Shown piece by piece: positions 53,501-64,000 of a stretch of DNA of 64,000 nucleotides (positions are counted from its first letter, which is position 1; the number at the start of each line of letters is the position of its first letter). The notes below the pieces were generated by a model, which saw only the letters and a program-made list of their open reading frames with translations, had not been told where the DNA came from and did no database searches. Source of the stretch: Nemertoderma westbladi (taxonomy: Eukaryota; Animalia; Xenacoelomorpha); NCBI GenBank assembly GCA_032718475.1, contig JAUCBJ010000533.1:1-64000 (forward strand). Reading direction: 5' to 3'. The position numbers and the translations under genes are program-made.

Positions 53501-56500
53501 AGAGAGAACAAAGCCAATTCTAAATCGCATCGTCCTAGAGAGAGAACAAAGCCAATTCTAAATAAGCACCGGCTTAGAGAGAGAACAAAGCCAATTCCAA
53601 ATCAGCAACGTCCTAGAGAGAGAACAAAGCCAATTCTAAATCAGCATCGTCCCTGAGAGAGAACAAAGCCAATTCTAAATCAGCATCGGCCTAGAGAGAG
53701 AACAAAGCCAATTCTAAATCAGCATCGTCCTAGAGAGAACAAAGCCAATTCTAAATCAGAATCGTCCTAGAGAGAGAACAAAGCCAATTCTAAATCAGAA
53801 TCGTCCTAGAGAGAGAACAAAGCCAATTCTAAATCAGCATCGTCCTAGAGAGAGAACAAAGCCAATTCTAAATAAGCATCGGCCTAGAGAGAGAACAAAG
53901 CCAATTCTAAATCAGCATCGTCTTAGAGAGAGAACAAAGCCAATTCTAAATCAGAATCGTCCTAGAGAGAGAACAAAGCCAATTCTAAATAAGCACCGGC
54001 TTAGAGAGAGAGAACAAAGCCAATTCTAAATAAGCACCGGCTTAGAGAGAGAGAACAAAGCCAATTCTAAATAAGCACCGGCTTAGAGAGAGAGAACAAA
54101 GCCAATTCTAAATCAGCATCGGCCTAGAGAGAGAACAAAGCCAATTCTAAATCAGAATCGTCCTAGAGAGAGAACAAAGCCAATTCTAAATAAGCACCGG
54201 CTTAGAGAGAGAGAACAAAGCCAATTCTAAATAAGCACCGGCTTAGAGAGAGAACAAAGCCAATTCTAAATCAGCATCGGCCTAGAGAGAGAACAAAGCC
54301 AATTCTAAATCAGAATCGTCCTAGAGAGAGAACAAAGCCAATTCTAAATAAGCACCGGCTTAGAGAGAGAGAACAAAGCCAATTCTAAATAAGCACCGGC
54401 TTAGAGAGAGAGAACAAAGCCAATTCTAAATAAGCACCGGCTTAGAGAGAGAGAACAAAGCCAATTCTAAATCAGCATCGGCCTAGAGAGAGAACAAAGC
54501 CAATTCTAAATCAGAATCGTCCTAGAGAGAGAACAAAGCCAATTCTAAATCAGCATCGGCCTAGAGAGAGAACAAAGCCAATTCTAAATCAGAATCGTCC
54601 TAGAGAGAGAACAAAGCCAATTCTAAATAAGCACCGGCTTAGAGAGAGAACAAAGCCAATTCCAAATCAGCATCGGCCTAGAGAGAGAACAAAGCCAATT
54701 CTAAATCAGCAACGTCCTAGAGAGAGAACAAAGCCAATTCTAAATCAGAATCGTCCTAGAGAGAGAACAAAGCCAATTCTAAATAAGCACCGGCTTAGAG
54801 AGAGAACAAAGCCAATTCCAAATCAGCAACGTCCTAGAGAGAGAACAAAGCCAATTCTAAATCAGAATCGTCCTAGAGAGAGAACAAAGCCAATTCTAAA
54901 TAAGCAACGGCTTAGAGAGAGAACAAAGCCAATTCCAAATCAGCATCGGCCTAGAGAGAGAACAAAGCCAATTCTAAATCAGAATCGTCCTAGAGAGAGA
55001 ACAAAGCCAATTCTAAATAAGCACCGGCTTAGAGAGAGAGAACAAAGCCAATTCTAAATAAGCATCGTCCTAGAGAGAGAACAAAGCCAATTCCAAATCA
55101 GCAACGTCCTAGAGAGAGAACAAAGCCAATTCCAAATCAGCAACGTCCTAGAGAGAGAACAAAGCCAATTCTAAATCAGAATCGGCCTAGAGAGAGAACA
55201 AAGCCAATTCTAAATAAGCATCGTCCCAGAGAGAGAACAAAGCCAATTCTAAATAAGCACCGGCTTAGAGAGAGAACAAAGCCAATTCCAAATCAGCATC
55301 GGCCTAGAGAGAGAACAAAGCCAATTCTAAATAAGCACCGGCTTAGAGAGAGAACAAAGCCAATTCCAAATCAGCATCGTCCTAGAGAGAGAACAAAGCC
55401 AATTCTAAATCAACACCGTCCTAGAGAGAGAGAACAAAGCCAATTCTAAATAAGCATCATCCCAGAGAGAGAACAAAGCCAATTCCAAATCAGCATCGGC
55501 CTAGAGAGAGAACAAAGCCAATTCTAAATAAGCACCGGCTTAGAGAGAGAACAAAGCCAATTCCAAATCAGCATCGGCCTAGAGAGAGAACAAAGCCAAT
55601 TCTAAATCAGAATCGTCCTAGAGAGAGAACAAAGCCAATTCTAAATAAGCAACGGCTTAGAGAGAGAACAAAGCCAATTCCAAATCAGCATCGGCCTAGA
55701 GAGAGAACAAAGCCAATTCTAAATCAGAATCGTCCTAGAGAGAGAACAAAGCCAATTCTAAATAAGCACCGGCTTAGAGAGAGAACAAAGCCAATTCCAA
55801 ATCAGCAACGTCCTAGAGAGAGAACAAAGCCAATTCTAAATCAGAATCGTCCTAGAGAGAGAACAAAGCCAATTCTAAATCAACACCGTCCTAGAGAGAG
55901 AGAACAAAGCCAATTCTAAATAAGCATCGTCCCAGAGAGAGAACAAAGCCAATTCCAAATCAGCATCGGCCTAGAGAGAGAACAAAGCCAATTCTAAATA
56001 AGCACCGGCTTAGAGAGAGAACAAAGCCAATTCCAAATCAGCATCGGCCTAGAGAGAGAACAAAGCCAATTCTAAATCAGAATCGTCCTAGATAGAGAAC
56101 AAAGCCAATTCTAAATAAGCATCGTCCCAGAGAGAGAACAAAGCCAATTCCAAATCAGCATCGGCCTAGAGAGAGAACAAAGCCAATTCTAAATAAGCAC
56201 CGGCTTAGAGAGAGAACAAAGCCAATTCCAAATCAGCATCGGCCTAGAGAGAGAACAAAGCCAATTCTAAATCAGAATCGTCCTAGAGAGAGAACAAAGC
56301 CAATTCTAAATCAGCATCGTCCTAGAGAGAGAACAAAGCCAATTCTAAATCAGCATCGTCCTAGAGAGAGAACAAAGCTAATTCTAAATCAGCATCGTCC
56401 TAGAGAGAGAGAACAAAGCCAATTCTAAATCAACACCGTCCTAGAGAGAGAACAAAGCCAATTCTAAATCAGTATCGTCCTAGAGAGAGAACAAAGCCAA

Positions 56501-59500
56501 TTCTAAATCAGCATCGTCCTGGAGAGAACAAAGTCAATTCTAAATCAGCATCGTCCTAGAGAGAGAACAAAGCCAATTCTAAATAAGCATCGTCCTAGAG
56601 AGAGAACAAAGCCAATTCTAAATCAGCATCGTCCTAGAGAGAGAGAACAAAGCCAATTCTAAATCAGCATCGTCCCTGAGAGAGAACAAAGCCAATTCCA
56701 AATCAGCATCGGCCTAGAGAGAGAACAAAGCCAATTCTAAATCAGCACCGTCCTAGAGAGAGAACAAAGCCAATTCTAAATCAGCACCGTCCTAGAGAGA
56801 GAGAACAAAGCCAAGTCTAAATAAGAATCGGCCTAGAGAGAGAACAAAGCCAATTCTAAATCAGCATCGTCCTAGAGAGAGAACAAAGCCAATTCTAAAT
56901 AAGCATCGGCCTAGAGAGAGAACAAAGCCAATTCTAAATCAGAATCGTCCTAGAGAGAGAACAAAGCCAATTCTAAATAAGCATCGTCCTAGAGAGAGAG
57001 AACAAAGCCAATTCCAAATCAGCATCGGCCTAGAGAGAGAACAAAGCCAATTCTAAATCAGCATCGTCCTAGAGAGAGAACAAAGCCAATTCTAAATAAG
57101 CATCGGCCTAGAGAGAGAACAAAGCCAATTCCAAATCAGCATCGGCCTAGAGAGAGAACAAAGCCAATTCTAAATCAGCACCGTCCTAGAGAGAGAACAA
57201 AGCCAATTCTAAATCAGCACCGTCCTAGAGAGAGAACAAAGCCAATTCTAAATCAGCATCGTCCTAGAGAGAGAGAACAAAGCCAATTCTAAATCAGAAT
57301 CGTCCTAGAGAGAGAACAAAGCCAATTCTAAATCAGCATCGTCCTAGAGAGAGAGAACAAAGCCAATTCTAAATCAGCAACGGCTTAGAGAGAGAACAAA
57401 GCCAATTCTAAATCAGAATCGTCCTAGAGAGAGAACAAAGCCAATTCTAAATCAGAATCGTCCTAGAGAGAGAACAAAGCCAATTCTAAATCAGCATCGT
57501 CCTAGAGAGAGAGAACAAAGCCAATTCTAAATCAGCAACGGCTTAGAGAGAGAGAACAAAGCCAATTCTAAATCAGCATCGTCCCAGAGAGAGAACAAAG
57601 CCAATTCTAAATCAGCACCGTCCTAGAGAGAGAACAAAGCCAATTCTAATTCAGAATCGTCCTAGAGAGAGAACAAAGCCAATTCTAAATCAGAATCGTC
57701 CTAGAGAGAGAACAAAGCCAATTCTAAATCAGCATCGTCCTAGAGAGAGAACAAAGCCAATTCTAAATCAGAATCGTCCTAGAGAGAGAACAAAGCCAAT
57801 TCTAAATAAGCACCGGCTTAGAGAGAGAACAAAGCCAATTCTAAATCAGCATCGTCCTAGAGAGAGAACAAAGCCAATTCTAAATCAGAATCGTCCTAGA
57901 GAGAGAACAAAGCCAATTCTAAATAAGCACCGGCTTAGAGAGAGAGAACAAAGCCAATTCTAAATCAGCACCGTCCTAGAGAGAGAACAAAGCCAATTCT
58001 AAATCAGCACCGTCCTAGAGAGAGAACAAAGCCAATTCTAATTCAGAATCGTCCTAGAGAGAGAACAAAGCCAATTCTAAATCAGAATCGTCCTAGAGAG
58101 AGAACAAAGCCAATTCTAAATCAGCATCGTCCTAGAGAGAGAGAACAAAGCCAATTCTAAATCAGCAACGGCTTAGAGAGAGAACAAAGCCAATTCTAAA
58201 TCAGAATCGTCCTAGAGAGAGAACAAAGCCAATTCTAAATAAGCACCGGCTTAGAGAGAGAGAACAAAGCCAATTCTCAATCAGCATCGGCCTAGAGAGA
58301 GAACAAAGCCAATTCTAAATCAGCATCGTCCTAGAGAGAACAAAGCCAATTCTAAATCAGAATCGTCCTAGAGAGAGAGAACAAAGCCAATTCTAAATAA
58401 GCAACGGCTTAGAGAGAGAACAAAGCCAATTCTAAATCAGCATCGGCCTAGAGAGAGAACAAAGCCAATTCTAAATAAGCACCGGCTTAGAGAGAGAGAA
58501 CAAAGCCAATTCTAAATCAGCATCGTCCTAGAGAGAGAACAAAGCCAATTCTAAATCAGAATCGTCCTAGAGAGAGAACAAAGCCAATTCTAAATCAGCA
58601 TCGTCCTAGAGAGAGAACAAAGCCAATTCTAAATCAGAATCGTCCTAGAGAGAGAACAAAGCCAATTCTAAATCAGAATCGTCCTAGAGAGAACAAAGTC
58701 AATTCTAAATCAGCATCGTTCTAGAGAGAGAGAACAAAGCCAATTCCAAATCAGCAACGGTCTAGAGAGAGAGAGAGAACAAAGCCAATTCTAAATCAGC
58801 ATCGTTCTAGAGAGAGAGAACAAAGCCAATTCCAAATCAGCAACGGTCTAGAGAGAGAGAGAGAACAAAGCCAATTCTAAATCAGCATCGTTCTAGAGAG
58901 AGAGAACAAAGCCAATTCCAAATCAGCAACGGTCTAGAGAGAGAGAGAGAACAAAGCCAATTCTAAATCAGCATCGTCCTAGAGAGAGAACAAAGCCAAT
59001 TCTAAATCAGCATCGTCCTAGAGAGAGAACAAAGCCAATTCTAAATCAGCATCGTCCCAGAGAGAGAACAAAGCCAATTCTAAATCAGCATCGTCCTAGA
59101 GAGAGAGAACAAAGCCAATTCTAAATCAGCAACGGCTTAGAGAGAGAACAAAGCCAATTCTAAATCAGAATCGTCCTAGAGAGAGAACAAAGCCAATTCT
59201 AAATAAGCACCGGCTTAGAGAGAGAGAACAAAGCCAATTCTCAATCAGCATCGGCCTAGAGAGAGAACAAAGCCAATTCTAAATCAGCATCGTCCTAGAG
59301 AGAACAAAGCCAATTCTAAATCAGAATCGTCCTAGAGAGAGAACAAAGCCAATTCTAAATCAGAATCGTCCTAGAGAGAGAACAAAGCCAATTCTAAATC
59401 AGCATCGTCCTTGAGAGAGAGAACAAAGCCAATTCTAAATCAGCATCGTCCTAGAGAGAGAGAACAAAGCCAATTCTAAATCAGCATCGTCCTAGAGAGA

Positions 59501-62500
59501 GAACAAAGCCAATTCTAAATAAGCACCGGCTTAGAGAGAGAACAAAGCCAATTCTAAATCAGAATCGTCCTAGAGAGAGAGAACAAAGCCAATTCTAAAT
59601 CAGAATCGTCCTAGAGAGAGAGAACAAAGCCAATTCTAAATCAGCATCGTCCTAGAGAGAGAACAAAGCCAATTCTAAATCAGAATCGTCCTAGAGAGAG
59701 AACAAAGCCAATTCTAAATAAGCACCGGCTTAGAGAGAGAGAACAAAGCCAATTCTAAATAAGCACCGGCTTAGAGAGAGAGAACAAAGCCAATTCTAAA
59801 TCAGAATCGTCCTAGAGAGAGAACAAAGCCAATTCTAAATAAGCACCGGCTTAGAGAGAGAGAACAAAGCCAATTCTAAATAAGCACCGGCTTAGAGAGA
59901 GAGAACAAAGCCAATTCTAAATAAGCACCGGCTTAGAGAGAGAGAACAAAGCCAATTCTAAATAAGCACCGGCTTAGAGAGAGAGAACAAAGCCAATTCT
60001 AAATCAGAATCGTCCTAGAGAGAGAACAAAGCCAATTCTAAATAAGCACCGGCTTAGAGAGAGAGAACAAAGCCAATTCTAAATAAGCACCGGCTTAGAG
60101 AGAGAGAACAAAGCCAATTCTAAATAAGCACCGGCTTAGAGAGAGAGAACAAAGCCAATTCTAAATCAGCATCGGCCTAGAGAGAGAACAAAGCCAATTC
60201 TAAATAAGCACCGGCTTAGAGAGAGAGAACAAAGCCAATTCTAAATAAGCACCGGCTTAGAGAGAGAGAACAAAGCCAATTCTAAATAAGCACCGGCTTA
60301 GAGAGAGAGAACAAAGCCAATTCTAAATCAGAATCGTCCTAGAGAGAGAACAAAGCCAATTCTAAATAAGCACCGGCTTAGAGAGAGAGAACAAAGCCAA
60401 TTCTAAATAAGCACCGGCTTAGAGAGAGAGAACAAAGCCAATTCTAAATAAGCACCGGCTTAGAGAGAGAGAACAAAGCCAATTCTAAATCAGCATCGGC
60501 CTAGAGAGAGAACAAAGCCAATTCTAAATCAGAATCGTCCTAGAGAGAGAACAAAGCCAATTCTAAATAAGCACCGGCTTAGAGAGAGAGAACAAAGCCA
60601 ATTCTAAATAAGCACCGGCTTAGAGAGAGAACAAAGCCAATTCTAAATCAGCATCGGCCTAGAGAGAGAACAAAGCCAATTCTAAATCAGAATCGTCCTA
60701 GAGAGAGAACAAAGCCAATTCTAAATAAGCACCGGCTTAGAGAGAGAGAACAAAGCCAATTCTAAATAAGCACCGGCTTAGAGAGAGAGAACAAAGCCAA
60801 TTCTAAATAAGCACCGGCTTAGAGAGAGAGAACAAAGCCAATTCTAAATCAGCATCGGCCTAGAGAGAGAACAAAGCCAATTCTAAATCAGAATCGTCCT
60901 AGAGAGAGAACAAAGCCAATTCTAAATAAGCACCGGCTTAGAGAGAGAGAACAAAGCCAATTCTAAATAAGCACCGGCTTAGAGAGAGAACAAAGCCAAT
61001 TCTAAATCAGCATCGGCCTAGAGAGAGAACAAAGCCAATTCTAAATCAGAATCGTCCTAGAGAGAGAACAGAGCCAATTCTAAATAAGCACCGGCTTAGA
61101 GAGAGAGAACAAAGCCAATTCTAAATAAGCACCGGCTTAGAGAGAGAGAACAAAGCCAATTCTAAATAAGCACCGGCTTAGAGAGAGAGAACAAAGCCAA
61201 TTCTAAATCAGCATCGGCCTAGAGAGAGAACAAAGCCAATTCTAAATCAGAATCGTCCTAGAGAGAGAACAAAGCCAATTCTAAATCAGCATCGGCCTAG
61301 AGAGAGAACAAAGCCAATTCTAAATCAGCAAAGGTCTAGAGAGAGAGAGAACGAAGACAATTCTAAATCAGAATCGTCCTAGAGAGAGAACAAAGCCAAT
61401 TCTAAATCAGAATCGTCCTAGAGAGAGAACAAAGCCAATTCTAAATCAGCATCGGCCTAGAGAGAGAACAAAGCCAATTCTAAATCAGCAAAGGTCTAGA
61501 GAGAGAGAGAACGAAGACAATTCTAAATCAGAATCGGCCTAGAGAGAGAACAAAGCCAATTCTAAATCAGAATCGTCCTAGAGAGAGAACAAAGCCAATT
61601 CTAAATAAGCATCGGCCTAGAGAGAGAACAAAGCCAATTCTAAATCAGCATCGTCCTAGAGAGAGAACAAAGCCAATTCTAAATCAGCATCGTCCTAGAG
61701 AGAGAACAAAGCCAATTCCAAATCAGCATCGTCCTAGAGAGAGAACAAAGCCAATTCTAAATCAGCACCGTCCTAGAGAGAGAGAACAAAGCCAATTCTA
61801 AATCAGCATCGTCCCAGAGAGAGAACAAAGCCAATTCCAAATCAGCATCGGCCTAGAGAGAGAACAAAGCCAATTCTAAATCAGAATCGTCCTAGAGAGA
61901 GAACAAAGCCAATTCCAAATCAGCATCGTCCTAGAGAGAGAACAAAGCCAATTCTAAATCAGCACCGGCCTAGAGAGAGAGAACAAAGCCAATTCTAAAT
62001 CAGCACCGGCCTAAAGAGAGAGAACAAAGCCAATTCTTAATCAGCATCGTCATAGAGAGAACAAAGCCAATTCTAAATCAGCATCGTCCTAGAGAGAGAA
62101 CAAAGCCAATTCTAAATCAACACCGTCCTAGAGAGAGAACAAAGCCAATTCTAAATAAGCATCGGCCTAGAGAGAGAGAACAAAGCCAATTCTAAATCAG
62201 CAACGGACTAGAGAGAGAACAAAGCCAATTCTAAATCAGAATCGCCCTAGAGAGAGAACAAAGCCAATTCTAAATAAGCATCGGCCTAGAGAGAGAACAA
62301 AGCCAATTCTAAATCAGCATCGTCCTAGAGAGAGAACAAAGCCAATTCTAAATAAGCATCGGCCTAGAGAGAGAACAAAGCCAATTCTAAATCAGAATCG
62401 TCCTAGAGAGAGAACAAAGCCAATTCTAAATCAGCAACGGACTAGAGAGAGAACAAAGCCAATTCTAAATCAGAATCGCCCTAGAGAGAGAACAAAGCCA

Positions 62501-64000
62501 ATTCTAAATCAGCATCGTCCTAGAGAGAGAACAAAGCCAATTCTAAATAAGCATCGGCCTAGAGAGAGAACAAAGCCAATTCTAAATCAGCATCGTCCTA
62601 GAGAGAGAACAAAGCCAATTCTAAATAAGCATCGTCCTAGAGAGAGAACAAAGCCAATTCTAAATAAGCATCGGCCTAGAGAGAGAACAAAGCCAATTCT
62701 AAATCAGCATCGTCCTAGAGAGAGAACAAAGCCAATTCTAAATAAGCATCGGCCTAGAGAGAGAACAAAGCCAATTCTAAATCAGAATCGTCCTAGAGAG
62801 AGAACAAAGCCAATTCTAAATCAGCACCGTCCTAGTGAGAGAACAAAGCCAATTCTAAATAAGCATCGGCCTAGAGAGAGAACAAAGCCAATTCTAAATA
62901 AGCATCGGCCTAGAGAGAGAACAAAGCCAATTCTAAATCAGCATCGTCCTAGAGAGAGAACAAAGCCAATTCTAAATCAGCATCGGTCTAGAGAGAGAAC
63001 AAAGCCAATTCTAAATCAGCACCGGCCCAAAGAGAGAGAACAAAGCCAATTCCAAATCAGCATCGTCCTAGAGAGAGAACAAAGCCAATTCTAAATCAGC
63101 ATCGTCCTAGAGAGAGAACAAAGCCAATTCTAAATCAGCATCGTCCTAGAGAGAGAACAAAGCCAATTCTAAATAAGCATCGGCCTAGAGAGAACAAAGC
63201 CAATTCTAAATCAGCACCGGCCTAGAGAGAGAGAACAAAGCCAATTCCAAATCAGCATCGTCCTAGAGAGAGAACAAAGCCAATTCTAAATCAGCATCGT
63301 CCTAGAGAGAACAAAGCCAATTCTAAATCAGAATCGTCCTAGAGAGAGAACAAAGCCAATTCTAAATCAACACCGTCCTAGAGAGAGAGAACAAAGCCAA
63401 TTCCAAATCAGCATCGGCCTAGAGAGAGAACAAAGCCAATTCTAAATCAGCATCGTCCTAGAGAGAACAAAGCCAATTCTAAATCAACATCGTCCTAGAG
63501 AGAACAAAGCCAATTCCAAATCAGCATCGGCCTAGAGAGAGAACAAAGCCAATTCTAAATAAGCATCGTCCTAGAAAGAGAACAAAGCCAATTCTAAATC
63601 AGCATCGTCCTAGAGAGAACAAAGCCAATTCTAAATCAGCACCGGCCTAAAGAGAGAGAACAAAGCCAATTCCAAATCAGCATCGTCCTAGAGAGAGAAC
63701 AAAGCCAATTCTAAATCAGCATCGTCCTAGAGAGAACAAAGCCAATTCTAAATCAGCATCGCCCTAGAGAGAGAACAAAGCCAATTCTAAATCAGCATCG
63801 TCCCAGAGAGAGAACAAAGCCAATTCTAAATCAGCATCGTCCTAGAGAGAGAACAAAGCCAATTCCAAATCAGCATCGTCCTAGAGAGAGAACAAAGCCA
63901 ATTCCAAATCAGCATCGTCCTAGAGAGAGAACAAAGCCAATTCTAAATCAGCATCGTCCTAGAGAGAGAGAACAAAGCCAATTCTAAATCAGCACCGGCC

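Larger units (their letters stand above)
5957..64000. repeat. 39-bp tandem satellite, about 1,480 copies, open at the window end; consensus ATTCTAAATCAGCATCGTCCTAGAGAGAGAACAAAGCCA
   Basis: Uninterrupted head-to-tail array in one orientation. Units are mostly 37/39/41 bp because of (GA)n slippage, with a few recurrent substitutions. Copy number is estimated as length/39. Confidence 0.99.

Noticed and set aside
5957-64000. CRISPR array
   Set aside because: There are no unique spacers or cas genes; the units are contiguous near-identical monomers in a spliced eukaryotic gene.
5976-64000. Canonical recursive-splicing (ratchet) sites
   Set aside because: These require AG|GT. The units read AG|GA, AG|GC, AG|GG or AG|AC, and I saw no strong donor in the monomer.

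Overview
Eukaryotic (most likely invertebrate animal) genomic DNA. Bases 1-5975 hold four minus-strand coding exons of a BIRC6/BRUCE/Apollon-like gene, including the complete BIR zinc-binding domain. I could join them in frame through canonical GT-AG introns. The intron that splits the BIR domain (265-4902) carries an antisense RTE-type non-LTR retrotransposon (APE endonuclease + RT, one frameshift, C-terminal deletion, structured 5' leader, hairpin + (TAG)n tail) and small TE remnants. From 5957 to the window end (>58 kb, about 1,480 copies) runs a 39-bp tandem array. Its monomer is a copy of the gene's own intron/exon junction: read in transcript direction, a typical unit contains a branch-point-like CTGAT, a pyrimidine tract, TAG|G and the first ~19 nt of the exon. 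The pre-mRNA would therefore present over a thousand tandem 3' splice-site mimics, most followed by an in-frame stop. The array also shows higher-order repeats (353 bp, ~1.9 kb, ~4.15 kb) and regional variant domains.
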